DNA of 64,000 bases, from the NCBI GenBank assembly GCA_045636285.1, contig JAZTXJ010000007.1:35032-99031 (forward strand). The letters run 5' to 3'. This DNA is from Eubacteriales bacterium (GTDB lineage: Bacteria > Bacillota > Clostridia > Oscillospirales > CAG-382). Below, in pieces: positions 52,315 through 61,867 of this stretch (positions are counted from its first letter, which is position 1; each line of letters opens with the position of its first letter). The notes below the pieces were generated by a model that was not told the DNA's origin, searched no databases, and saw only the letters and a program-made list of their open reading frames with translations. A program made the translations under genes and the position numbers.

Positions 52315-53223
52315 ATGATAAATAAAGTCGAAGCATTGATAGAAATATTAAACCGGGAAAACACCGGTATCGAATCTATCGCGCTGTGGCAGGACGGCGA
52401 AATGAAGCTCGTTCACCGTTTCGTACCCGCAGGACCGCGCCTTATTTATTCCCACACAAAAAGCTTTATCTCCACCGCGGCGGGTATCGCTATCGATGAA
52501 GGCTTGCTCACGCTCGATACGACCGTTTATGAGCTTTTCCCCGATTATGCCGATATTATCACCGACGACCGCGTGAAAAACATAACTCTCCGCCATTTTT
52601 TAACAATGAGCTCGGGCTTCGGTGGCTCGTTTTTGATGAGCGCAAACCGCAGAAAGCTCGAAGGCTACCCCGATTATATCGGATATATGCTTTCAAAGGA
52701 GCTCAAGTACGCTTCGGGCGAAAAATTCGTATATTCGAATGCCGACACGCATTTAGCGGGCTGTATGGTGCAAAAGGCTTGCAAAAAACCGCTTTTGCAG
52801 TATTGCTGTGAAAAGCTCTTTACTCCGCTCGAAATGGGCTTTCCCGCTTGGGAAACCGCGCCCGACGGCACTGCCTTCGGCGGAAGCGGTCTTTATCTCG
52901 ATATAACCGAAATGATGAAGCTCGGTATTCTTTATCTCAACAAGGGCGTTTATAACGGCAAGCGCGTCGTTTCGGAAAAATGGGTAGAGCTTGCGGGAAG
53001 CAGGCAGATAAACACGGGGCACGAAGCACCGTGGCACAGCGGCTACGGTTTTCAGTTCTGGACTGTCGGCCAGCGTGAAAACGCCTTCCGCGCCGACGGT
53101 ATGTACGGTCAGTTTTCGATAGTGCTTCCCGACGAAAACGCAGTTCTCGCAATACAAAGCTCTGAACAAAACGACGTTGCGAAATTTATAGAAATATTAA
53201 TTAAGACGGTTATAGAAAAATGA
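52315..53223 (+). CDS. Serine hydrolase, beta-lactamase/class C-like family
   Basis: SHTKSF (SxxK) and YSN (YxN) motifs. Confidence 0.8.
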   Translation: MINKVEALIEILNRENTGIESIALWQDGEMKLVHRFVPAGPRLIYSHTKSFISTAAGIAIDEGLLTLDTTVYELFPDYADIITDDRVKNITLRHFLTMSSGFGGSFLMSANRRKLEGYPDYIGYMLSKELKYASGEKFVYSNADTHLAGCMVQKACKKPLLQYCCEKLFTPLEMGFPAWETAPDGTAFGGSGLYLDITEMMKLGILYLNKGVYNGKRVVSEKWVELAGSRQINTGHEAPWHSGYGFQFWTVGQRENAFRADGMYGQFSIVLPDENAVLAIQSSEQNDVAKFIEILIKTVIEK

Positions 53224-55064
53224 AAAAGCTTATTATAACGCGCGCACAAAGCGACCTTTCGGAACTTATATCTCGCATTTGCGATTGCGATATTTTATCC
53301 CCCGCAGAATCCGAAAAAGCAGATTTATTTGCATATTCGGGCATTGCCGTTCTCGGCGGAACCGAGCAGGATGCGATAATGCTTAATCCCTTCTTGCGCT
53401 CCTCGCTCGAAAAATACGCAGACAGCGGAAAACCGCTCTTTCTTGAATACCTTCATTCCTTCCGTTGCGTTTATTCGGCACAGCCGGTTCGCATCACCTG
53501 CGACAGACTCGTTTCGGCTATGGAATACGGCAGTATCGGGCAAAACAGCCTGCTCGACAGCCACTATAACCTCTATATCCGCCCGCATTTCTTAATGCCC
53601 GAAACCGAAATATTGCTTTATTATCAAAAATACACCACCGCGCACGACACGCTCGATAACCTTTCCGAAACCGACCGCCCCGCGCTTTTTAAATACGGCA
53701 ACGTAATGCACTGCGCCTTCCGTATGTCCGATTTTCTGAAAGCCGCGTTCGCTCCGTGGGAACGCTGGTGCGATCTCGTTTCCTATATTCTTTCGTTTTT
53801 GGGAATCACGCCGCCCGAGCAATACGAAAAGGGCGCGCTCCGTATTCCCGATTCTCTTCCCGAAGGTCTTGGCGAAATGCTCGACTCCTGCACCTCCCGC
53901 GCGATAACGCTTTTGCGTAATTATCTTATCTCGCCCGACGGTGTTTACGGCATACGCGAGGGCTTGAGCCACAATATCGCGCCCGACGGAAGCCGCACTC
54001 TTGCAGGCTACGTCCGCGCCGATTGCTGCGGCGAAGCGGCAGGCGTATTTCTCTTTGCAAATAACGACGAGCTTGCAAAAATTGCCGACAACCTTCTCTC
54101 GCTTTGCTACGGCCCGCTTACAATACACGAGGGCGAATTTAAGGGAATGATGCGCTGGACCGAGGAAGCTTGGAACGTTTGCTATCAGGACGACGTCGCG
54201 CGTGCCGTGCTTTCGTCGCTTCTTGCTTCTTATTTCGGTATCAGCGATAAATATTCTGCCCCCGCCTGCGATGCGCTCGAATTTCTTTGCAAAACCTCTG
54301 CAAAGGACGGCTTGCGCCCCGCAAGAACCGATATACTTGAATTCCTGCGCGAAAACAAATCGCCCCTTACGATAGCAGAATCCGAAAACGGCTATGCCAG
54401 CGCGCACTACAACGCCTATTACTCGGCGGCTCTGCTTTTGGGTTATCTTATAAACGGCAACGAGGATTTTAAAACGGTTGGTATTCGCGGGCTCGAAACG
54501 CTCATACACCTCTACCCCGAAACCGTGCGCGAGCACAGCGAAACGAGCGAGCTCTGCCGTCTTATCCTTCCGCTTGCTATATTATATAAGGTAAGCGGCG
54601 AGGACAGACACAAGGAAATGCTCTACCGCGTTTTCAACGACCTGCAAAAATACCGTCACGAATCGGGCGGTTATGCCGAATGGGACAGTGGCTACAAGGC
54701 GGCTTGCTTTAACAACGCGGGCGGCGAATGCTCGCTTCTTGCGAAAAACGGCGACCCCGTTGCCGACCTTCTTTATTCGGTCAACTGGCTGCCGCTCGGA
54801 TTTATATTCGCTTATCACGTTACCGAGGATAAGGTATTTTATAACGCTTTTGCCGACATCTGCCGTTTCTTCGCAAAAACGCAGATAGTAAGCGAAAATC
54901 CCCTTGCAGACGGCGCTTGGTGCAGAGGTATCGACCTCAACAGGCTCGAATTTTTCGGAATCCCGCACGACGTTGGCTGGGGTCCCTGCTGTATCGAAAC
55001 GGGCTGGACCGTTGCCGAAATAGCACTCGGTATGCTTTTGGGAAAAAGAATTCTCGGAATTTAA
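53220..55064 (+). CDS. Large cytoplasmic hypothetical protein (possibly alpha/alpha-toroid glycoside-hydrolase-like)
   Basis: 614-aa ORF, ATGA overlap with the upstream gene; no signal peptide; fold guess is weak. Confidence 0.5.
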   Translation: MKKLIITRAQSDLSELISRICDCDILSPAESEKADLFAYSGIAVLGGTEQDAIMLNPFLRSSLEKYADSGKPLFLEYLHSFRCVYSAQPVRITCDRLVSAMEYGSIGQNSLLDSHYNLYIRPHFLMPETEILLYYQKYTTAHDTLDNLSETDRPALFKYGNVMHCAFRMSDFLKAAFAPWERWCDLVSYILSFLGITPPEQYEKGALRIPDSLPEGLGEMLDSCTSRAITLLRNYLISPDGVYGIREGLSHNIAPDGSRTLAGYVRADCCGEAAGVFLFANNDELAKIADNLLSLCYGPLTIHEGEFKGMMRWTEEAWNVCYQDDVARAVLSSLLASYFGISDKYSAPACDALEFLCKTSAKDGLRPARTDILEFLRENKSPLTIAESENGYASAHYNAYYSAALLLGYLINGNEDFKTVGIRGLETLIHLYPETVREHSETSELCRLILPLAILYKVSGEDRHKEMLYRVFNDLQKYRHESGGYAEWDSGYKAACFNNAGGECSLLAKNGDPVADLLYSVNWLPLGFIFAYHVTEDKVFYNAFADICRFFAKTQIVSENPLADGAWCRGIDLNRLEFFGIPHDVGWGPCCIETGWTVAEIALGMLLGKRILGI

Positions 55065-55070
55065 TAGAAA

Positions 55071-55109
55071 TAACTGCGGAAAACCAACCGTTTCCGCAGT
55101 TATTTTTTT
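55071..55109. terminator. Bidirectional terminator (614-aa gene / GNAT)
   Basis: TAACTGCGGAAA accaaccg TTTCCGCAGTTA TTTTTTT. Confidence 0.8.
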
Positions 55110-55536
55110 ACAGCTTTTTCTTAAAGTTTTTCTGCATTTTGTTGCTTGTGTATCCACATTTTTCGTAAAACGCGTGTGCGCCCTTACGGCTTTCGCCCGA
55201 AACAAGACGGACGTAAGCGGCGCCCCGCTCACTTGCCCATTCCTCTGCTTTGTTCATAAGCGCACGTCCGATACCCTTGCAGACATATTCGGGCGCTACT
55301 GCGATGCCGAGAACGTTCACGCCCTTTTCGGCAAACAGCAATCCGTATTCCGCAATGTGAATATATCCTAAAACACTTTCATCATCCTGCGCGACAAAAA
55401 CAGCTTCGTAATCCTTTTCAAGCGTGTTTTTTAAATTTTCGGCTGTATTTTCGGGAGAAAATTCATAGCCCATAGATTTGCGGTTTATTTCGCAAAGCGA
55501 ATTTGCATCTGCGACAGTAGCTTTTCTTATTATCAT
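55108..55536 (-). CDS. GNAT-family N-acetyltransferase
   Basis: VLGIAVAPEYVCKGIGRALMNKAEEWA (motif A Q/RxxGxG/A). Confidence 0.8.
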   Translation of the reverse strand: MIIRKATVADANSLCEINRKSMGYEFSPENTAENLKNTLEKDYEAVFVAQDDESVLGYIHIAEYGLLFAEKGVNVLGIAVAPEYVCKGIGRALMNKAEEWASERGAAYVRLVSGESRKGAHAFYEKCGYTSNKMQKNFKKKL

Positions 55537-55848
55537 TTACTTAAATTTAACCGCAGTGCCGTAGGCAATAACCTCTGCCGCACCCTGCATTACGCCCGCA
55601 GAAGCATAGCGGATATTGACTATCGCATCTGCGCCGAGCGCTTCTGCTTCGGCAACCATACGCGCGGTCGCAATATCGCGTGCTTCGTTCATCATTTGGG
55701 TATAGGCTTTAAGCTCGCCGCCGACAAGAGTTTTGAAACTCTGGGTAAAATCCTTGCCGATATGCTTGCTCTGTATCGTACTGCCGCGCACAAGACCGAG
55801 CATTTCGAGCTCCTTGCCGCTGATATAATCTGTGTTTACTAAAATCAT
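55537..55848 (-). CDS. YbjQ/UPF0145-family protein
   Basis: 103 aa; ..GGELKAYTQMMNEARDIATARMVAEAEALGADAIVNIRY.. matches UPF0145. Confidence 0.85.
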   Translation of the reverse strand: MILVNTDYISGKELEMLGLVRGSTIQSKHIGKDFTQSFKTLVGGELKAYTQMMNEARDIATARMVAEAEALGADAIVNIRYASAGVMQGAAEVIAYGTAVKFK

Positions 55849-57035
55849 TGCTCGTCCTCCGTTTTGTCGAATCTGATTTTGTGTCCCTTTTTAGCCATAA
55901 AATCGGTTACTCTGCGTTCTATATCCTTTTGATGAACTTTTGAAATTTTTTGCGTTGTCGGGTAGCTCCAAAGCTCAGGATAGGTTACCGTCAGCACACC
56001 GTTTTCCTCAAGCGTCGGCAAGACAGCGGTGCGTTTGCCGATTTTAATATAGACCGCGTCGTCCTCGAACGCTATTTCGTTTTCCTTTAACGCCTTTACC
56101 GATTTCTTTTCCTTGCGCTTAATGCCCTTTTCCTCGTTGCGAAGCATACGCCAAAGCGCCCAAAGCGAAGTTTCTTCGTTAAAGCTTTCGTCGCCGTAGT
56201 TTGTTTTTATCTTGTCTTCGTTATTTTTAAATGGCAATTTCCCGCCGAAAACATAGCGTTTTATCAGGTTGTAGGCGCGGCTTTTTGCGCTGTAACCAAA
56301 CCCAAAGTAAGGTTCCTTTTCGCTGTTGAAAACGCAAATACCTCTTTCGACATCGATAACGCAGGGCAAAAACGCCTTATCGTCGGTTCCGTTGCCCTTA
56401 CAAACGGTGTCGAAAAGCTTTTGCGACAGTTTTTCGTCAACCCTGCTTGCAATAATAACAGGAACGCAGGCAACCGAAAGCGGCGCTTTCTTTTGATGCT
56501 TGTCGGTGATAATACGCTTTTTCGTGCCGGCGTATTTTTCGGTATTCGTCTTTGCGGATTGGATTGTCGCGTCATACAGCGTTTTGTCGAGCGTTTCGGT
56601 TCGGTAGATTATAACAAACTTGTTTACCGCCTTGTTGTATATCGTCCACGAGATTCGCGCGCTGTATTTGATAAGGCTCGGTATCGGCTCGCGGCTTAGG
56701 GGCTTGCATTTACTGCCCCAAAGGCAAAGTCTTTTTTCGATAAGCCTTGCAACCTCATCTCCGCCGTTTTTTGTCGGGTAATCGAAATGCTTTCTCACAC
56801 GGCTGTGTGCGCGTATAGAAGCCAACAGAACATCGAGCATTATTAAGGTCATCGCGTTTTTAATGATGATTACGATAAGTGCAATATTGCTCACAATAAA
56901 GATTGCTATTCTTGCTACATCGTGAAGCGCTTCGATAAAGAACACACCCCAACCGAAAACAAGACACGGCACAATAATGGCGACGTACACCGTTATTCTG
57001 CACAAGAGCGGATTTTTTAATTTAGGAAAGCTCAT
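55845..57035 (-). CDS. Hypothetical membrane protein (N-terminal TM helices, large soluble domain)
   Basis: 396 aa; ATGA overlaps at both ends (57032-57035, 55845-55848); no family recognised. Confidence 0.55.
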   Translation of the reverse strand: MSFPKLKNPLLCRITVYVAIIVPCLVFGWGVFFIEALHDVARIAIFIVSNIALIVIIIKNAMTLIMLDVLLASIRAHSRVRKHFDYPTKNGGDEVARLIEKRLCLWGSKCKPLSREPIPSLIKYSARISWTIYNKAVNKFVIIYRTETLDKTLYDATIQSAKTNTEKYAGTKKRIITDKHQKKAPLSVACVPVIIASRVDEKLSQKLFDTVCKGNGTDDKAFLPCVIDVERGICVFNSEKEPYFGFGYSAKSRAYNLIKRYVFGGKLPFKNNEDKIKTNYGDESFNEETSLWALWRMLRNEEKGIKRKEKKSVKALKENEIAFEDDAVYIKIGKRTAVLPTLEENGVLTVTYPELWSYPTTQKISKVHQKDIERRVTDFMAKKGHKIRFDKTEDEQ

Positions 57036-58084
57036 TTTTTATAAAACTTATCGATAATCGGCAGGGTCTTTATCAACGTTTCGGGTGCGCCCGCATAATA
57101 AGCGGTCGGGCGAACGCCTACGAATTCGCCGAATCCCTTTTCGTATGCATAATAGCGTTCGGGGTAGCCCTCTCTGTCGTAGAACTGCTCGTCAATCTCC
57201 ATTTCGAAGCCGATTTCGCTGTTCGACACCTTCTTGCCGCCGATAATATTGCCGTTTATATCGACAACCGCCTGCTTGCGAACGCAGTTGCTTACGATTT
57301 CGATTTCATCAACACGCGCCGAATTGAAGAAGAACGACGGCTGAATAATAACGGTATCGAAGATATTTGTAAGATTTACAACGTGCCCGAGGTTCTTCGA
57401 GCTCGAAGCCGCTTCGTGATAATAAGGGATCCAAAGGCAATTTTTACCGAACGAGCGAACGCGGTCGGAAACGGCGTGCATCGCTTTAACGATCGGATTA
57501 TTGAAATCATCTTCGGGCTTATCGTTATCGAATCTTGTGTAGCCCGCGGTAACGATGTCCTCGCCTGCGAAATAGATACCCTGAACGTTGTTGTCCCAAA
57601 TATCTGCGCGCACGGTGTTCTTTATAAGATCAACCGTATCTGCCCAGGGAGAAGCGAAAAGATGAGTGAGCGCGTGCCAGCATTCCGAATGAGGCACCGA
57701 AAACCAAAGCTTAACGTCGGGCTTTATCGCAACAAGTCGTTCCGCATAGGAATTTGCATCGTCGATATAATCTTTAATATGATAATTGCCGGCAAGAATC
57801 TTATCTGCCGTTGCGTGATATTCCTTCTTTATCGTTTCCAATCTATTAGGGTCGCCTACCATATCGGGCGTCATGCTGTCGATAATTTCGCGGGTAACGA
57901 CCTCGACCTCGTTGCCGTTTCTGTCGGTATAACGGTTAAAGGTCGCAATAGGAATAAGCAATATTTCGTCGGTTACGGTTAAAAGATTCTTCAGTTCCTC
58001 GTCGGTCGGTACGCTGTATTTACCACCGCTGTATCCGCGATAGCTTGTGTATAACAATACGCCCTTTTTCATTAAAGTGTTCAT
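57032..58084 (-). CDS. Hypothetical cytoplasmic protein (possibly glycoside-hydrolase-like TIM barrel, DUF4855-like)
   Basis: 350-aa ORF with coding-like composition; family guess from memory is weak. Confidence 0.5.
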   Translation of the reverse strand: MNTLMKKGVLLYTSYRGYSGGKYSVPTDEELKNLLTVTDEILLIPIATFNRYTDRNGNEVEVVTREIIDSMTPDMVGDPNRLETIKKEYHATADKILAGNYHIKDYIDDANSYAERLVAIKPDVKLWFSVPHSECWHALTHLFASPWADTVDLIKNTVRADIWDNNVQGIYFAGEDIVTAGYTRFDNDKPEDDFNNPIVKAMHAVSDRVRSFGKNCLWIPYYHEAASSSKNLGHVVNLTNIFDTVIIQPSFFFNSARVDEIEIVSNCVRKQAVVDINGNIIGGKKVSNSEIGFEMEIDEQFYDREGYPERYYAYEKGFGEFVGVRPTAYYAGAPETLIKTLPIIDKFYKK

Positions 58085-58144
58085 AATCGTTTCCTTTCTT
58101 CGTCCGAGTCTGATTATATTTTAATTTATTTCGCATAAAAAGTC

Positions 58145-58172
58145 AACACCGCAGAAAAAATCCGCGGTGTTT
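58145..58172 (-). terminator. Terminator between the zinc-ribbon genes and the downstream four-gene unit
   Basis: Minus strand ACACCGC ggattttttct GCGGTGT tgac TTTTT. Confidence 0.55.
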
Positions 58173-58177
58173 TAAGA

Positions 58178-58519
58178 TTATTCTCCGTCTTGGTCGTAAG
58201 ATTTTTGGCAAAGCGTGCGCTTTTTGCAGTACGGACATTTAGTTACGAATTCAAAGCTGTCCTCGGGCGAATGCGATGCGGCAAATCTCACAACGCGCTT
58301 TTTAACCCAAAAATGCCCATAGCACTTACTGCATCGCGCCCAAAAGTTCTTTGGCATATTCACTATAAACAATACCGTGCTGAAAATCACTATCGGAAGC
58401 GGCACAAGAAGGCAAACCCACCACGGAACGTCGTAGGTCGCGCCGCCCCAGTGCAGTTCACACCCCGAAAGCAAAAGAATATTACATATAAACGCTAAAA
58501 CCAAAAGCGATTTTTTCAT
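58178..58519 (-). CDS. Small membrane/lipoprotein with C-terminal zinc ribbon
   Basis: MKKSLLVLAFICNILLLSGC lipobox, second TM, CSKC..CPYC pairs; ATG 58519 forms an ATGA overlap with the upstream stop. Confidence 0.5.
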   Translation of the reverse strand: MKKSLLVLAFICNILLLSGCELHWGGATYDVPWWVCLLVPLPIVIFSTVLFIVNMPKNFWARCSKCYGHFWVKKRVVRFAASHSPEDSFEFVTKCPYCKKRTLCQKSYDQDGE

Positions 58520-58752
58520 TCTTCTATCCTCGATTCGTTGCATATACCGCGTTTTTTGCAGTGCGGACACTTTAAAAATGCCGAATTGTTCGCCATATTA
58601 GAAAAATATATGTTTTTACGCTTTTCCTGCACAAACCTTTGCTTACAGTGCGGACAAACAAAAGTCTTTCCGGTTATATTTCTTTTGCTGCACAGAGCGA
58701 TTATTATCAGAAACAAAATCAAAGCTATTGCGCCGATAATAAAATTACCCAT
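58516..58752 (-). CDS. Small single-TM zinc-ribbon protein
   Basis: 78 aa; N-terminal TM helix then CPHCKQ..CPHCKK; paralogous ribbon to 58178..58519. Confidence 0.5.
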   Translation of the reverse strand: MGNFIIGAIALILFLIIIALCSKRNITGKTFVCPHCKQRFVQEKRKNIYFSNMANNSAFLKCPHCKKRGICNESRIEE

Positions 58753-58761
58753 ACTGCCCTC

Positions 58762-59448
58762 CTAAAGCTCGTAATAACTCAACCAAAGTCCGTTTATCTT
58801 GTTTTCGAAAACCACAAATTTTATACGCAAGCCAAGCTTTTCGTATCGCAAATGGCTGTAATAAACGTTTTCCGTACCGCTGTCGCGCGTGATTCCTTCG
58901 AACGATATAAATCTGCCGAGCGGCAAAACCGTATCTGCAACAATACTTTTCAAAGCGGAAAGCGGAGTATATTCCTGCATCGTTTTTCCGAAAGCGTCGA
59001 ACAGCTTTTCGTATTCCCCGTTTATAAACGCTTCGGTATTTTCGGAAACAAAATCATTTTGCAGCTGTGCGTGTTCGGGCAACTGCGTTTTCGGTTCGAA
59101 AATATTTCCGCCGTTTTCTATAACGTTGAGCGCATTATCGAGCAGGCGCGCCGTTTTCGAGAGTTCCGCAAGCTTGGCAATAATTTCGGCTTTGCGCCCG
59201 ATAATCGCCTGCGCGAGCTCGCTGTCGCCCTTTTGTATTTCTGATATTTGCGAAACGGAAAGACCGAGCGACCGCAAAACCAAAATCTTTTTTATAAGCT
59301 CAAGCTGATTTTGGGAATACTTGCGCCGATTCGAAAAGCACTTTATGCTTTTTATTATACCCTTTTCCTCGTAAAAGCGCAAGGTTCTCGACGTTACTCC
59401 GAGCATTTCGCAAACTGCACTTATATCGTAAAGCTCTTCCTTTTGCAC
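58762..59448 (-). CDS. MerR-family transcriptional regulator with about 150-aa C-terminal effector domain
   Basis: YDISAVCEMLGVTSRTLRFYEEKGII HTH_MerR; GTG 59448 preferred (GGAGGTG RBS 7 nt upstream); MerR-type 19-bp-spacer promoter upstream. Confidence 0.8.
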   Translation of the reverse strand: MQKEELYDISAVCEMLGVTSRTLRFYEEKGIIKSIKCFSNRRKYSQNQLELIKKILVLRSLGLSVSQISEIQKGDSELAQAIIGRKAEIIAKLAELSKTARLLDNALNVIENGGNIFEPKTQLPEHAQLQNDFVSENTEAFINGEYEKLFDAFGKTMQEYTPLSALKSIVADTVLPLGRFISFEGITRDSGTENVYYSHLRYEKLGLRIKFVVFENKINGLWLSYYEL

Positions 59449-59473
59449 GCTACACACCTCCGATTGCACTTTT

Positions 59474-59506
59474 ATTATAGCACTTGACGCTGGGTCAATG
59501 TCAAGT
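59474..59506 (-). promoter_or_regulatory. MerR-type promoter/operator with 19-bp spacer
   Basis: Minus strand TTGACA (59504-499) -19- TATAAT (59479-74); 7-bp inverted repeat ACTTGAC (59482-88) / GTCAAGT (59500-06) spans the spacer. Confidence 0.65.
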
Positions 59507-59514
59507 AGGCGCAA

Positions 59515-59545
59515 CAAAAAAGCAGACAATACGTCTGCTTTTTTC
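59515..59545. terminator. Terminator after the 650-aa lipoprotein gene
   Basis: AAAAA AGCAGAC aatac GTCTGCT TTTTT. Confidence 0.8.
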
Positions 59546-59661
59546 GGTTATAAGCTATAAGCTTGCTTCGCAAGCGTTATACAATAATTAATCCTTGTAT
59601 TTTTCGGGGAAATGCGCCTCGAAAAAACACCTTGGAGCTTCGCGAATTTGGACAAGCGCTT

Positions 59662-61602
59662 TTAATTCAACTTTACTGCGTGAGTAACACTGCCGTAAGA
59701 GCACGCCACAAGCAGATAATCGAGCGTGATTTGCTTAACGCTGTGCGGAGGGATTGTGATTTCGTACTGATAGTTACTGAAAATACCGCCGTTTTCGCCC
59801 AAGCCCGCGGTATAATCCGCCGAAAACACCTCGCCCGTTTTGCTGTCGCGCACAAGTATCGCAAGAGTACCGTGGTCGCGCAGGTGGAGCGTGATTTTGC
59901 GTTCCTTATCGCCCTGATTAACAAACGTGAAGTGATCCTGATATTCGATCATCCAGTTTGCCGTATTTGCGGGTGCGCCTGCGCCGTCGGAATGGTCGTT
60001 ATCGAAGATTATTTCGTTCCCCTTCGTATCGTGCCATATATATTCGACCATATCCATACCCACTGCCTGATGATTGTTTTGCGGGTTGAGATGAGTCATC
60101 CAGCTCGTGCTGTTAACGGTATGCGCCGTGCTGTTGTAGGACGAATAGGGTTTTAGATAAGAAGGAACGCTGTTGCTGTAATAGGTCGTATAGGTAACGG
60201 GAAGGAAGCGGCTCTTCGTATTGTCGTTAAAGGTCCACGACATATAATTGTCGATAACGCCGTGATGGTGCGCGATGCCCGAATATTGCTGTGAATATCC
60301 GCCCGCAACGTAGCCGAGCGGTTCGGGGTCGGAAACCAACTGCGAAGCGTTTCTGTAGCAATACATCGTGCCGGTAACCTCTCCGCCGGTTACGGAGAAT
60401 TTAACGTTGCCGTTCGCACAGCGAATGGGGTTTACGGGATTGTTCGCAGAGCCGTCGACGTTGATTTTGCGGTAAGCGTCTGCGCTCGTGCCGCCGATAA
60501 CCCAAAAATATTCACCCGCAGGCAAGCGGTAGGTTGTAGGCTGATAAACGCGGGGATTGATCTTGCTGTATGCGTAATCGAGTCCCGCATACTTTGCGGA
60601 AATCGTGCCGTTCGCGTTGAAATAATCGTCGGGAAGCTTAAAGGACGTATTGTAGAACTTATACCAAGCCTGCTGACCGAACCAAGTGCCGATCCACTGA
60701 TATCCGACGTTTGTAATCGTGATATAAACGTCGTGATCTGTATTGTTTTTCAGCTGATAGCCGAGATAAACGTTATTGCCGGAATAGTTTGCGTGCTCGA
60801 AGGTAACGTATACCTCGCCTTGCAATCCGTCGTTTCGCATAAACGCCTTGCCGACGTGCTGTGCGCCGAACTGCTCGGGATTGTTCGAATAAACGTAAGT
60901 ACCGCCCTCGCGCTTGATATAATCGACCTTTGCGGCAACGAGCGGGCTTTCGCCGTCGTTATAAAGCTCGAGCTTCGAGGTATCGACAGGGCTTTGGACG
61001 TCGTAGGGCAGAGTAACCACGTGGTTTTCGGCGGTTGTAGTAAGCTTGAAATCGCCGTTTTTCTTTTCGGTTTCAACCGTAAGCGTATAAACCGTGTTCG
61101 CTTTAAGCGATGCGGTTATTTCGGTTTTGCCCGATTCTATCTCTTCGCCCTTTTTCGATATGGTTATCGATTTTGTATCCGTGCCCTTAATTACGTATTT
61201 ATCGGTATAGGGCGCATATACGATATAGGAGCGTGTTCCGTTTTCGTCGGTAAGGTCATCGATGCTCGAAAGGCGGAACGCCTTGTCCATATCCTCGCCG
61301 TAATCGATTTCGGGCTCGGATGATTCTTCGGACGTTTCGGAGCTTTCTTGCTCGGAGCTTTCTGCGCTCGTTTCGTCGCCGCTCGATTCCGCTTCGGAGG
61401 AAGCTTCGCTCGATTCCGCTTCGGAAGAAGGAGCCGAGGAAGCGTTCGGGCTTTCATCGACTTGCGAAGAAGCGGCACTGCTTTCCGAAGCCGCTTCGGA
61501 AGAGGTGCTTTCGGCTTCACCGCAGGCGGCAAAGACAGACAACAGCATTAAAACCGCCAAAAGCAACGAAATTGTTCTAAAAGAATGTGTCCTTCTTTTC
61601 AT
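59662..61602 (-). CDS. Large lipoprotein of unknown function with Ser/Glu-rich linker
   Basis: Lipobox LSVFAAC; about 90-aa S/E/A low-complexity linker; beta-rich remainder; the start could also be ATG 61614. Confidence 0.6.
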   Translation of the reverse strand: MKRRTHSFRTISLLLAVLMLLSVFAACGEAESTSSEAASESSAASSQVDESPNASSAPSSEAESSEASSEAESSGDETSAESSEQESSETSEESSEPEIDYGEDMDKAFRLSSIDDLTDENGTRSYIVYAPYTDKYVIKGTDTKSITISKKGEEIESGKTEITASLKANTVYTLTVETEKKNGDFKLTTTAENHVVTLPYDVQSPVDTSKLELYNDGESPLVAAKVDYIKREGGTYVYSNNPEQFGAQHVGKAFMRNDGLQGEVYVTFEHANYSGNNVYLGYQLKNNTDHDVYITITNVGYQWIGTWFGQQAWYKFYNTSFKLPDDYFNANGTISAKYAGLDYAYSKINPRVYQPTTYRLPAGEYFWVIGGTSADAYRKINVDGSANNPVNPIRCANGNVKFSVTGGEVTGTMYCYRNASQLVSDPEPLGYVAGGYSQQYSGIAHHHGVIDNYMSWTFNDNTKSRFLPVTYTTYYSNSVPSYLKPYSSYNSTAHTVNSTSWMTHLNPQNNHQAVGMDMVEYIWHDTKGNEIIFDNDHSDGAGAPANTANWMIEYQDHFTFVNQGDKERKITLHLRDHGTLAILVRDSKTGEVFSADYTAGLGENGGIFSNYQYEITIPPHSVKQITLDYLLVACSYGSVTHAVKLN

Positions 61603-61867
61603 TGTTTTCCCCATCCTTGAATTTTCTGTTCATATAATTTTATTATAAACTCCCCGACAAGTCAATTACCTTATCGTTTAGCGGTTCTCAACTTAAGGTT
61701 GATTTCTAACCTACATATATAGTGTCTGAAATCGCGAAAAGGTTTGCGAAAAAATGAAAAATTTTCGCAATCCAAGACCAAAAACCGCAGTAAGAACCGA
61801 TAAACCGCAAAATATTCGGGTGGTTTATTTGGTTATTATATGCCCGAAATGTAATGGATTTGTAAAA

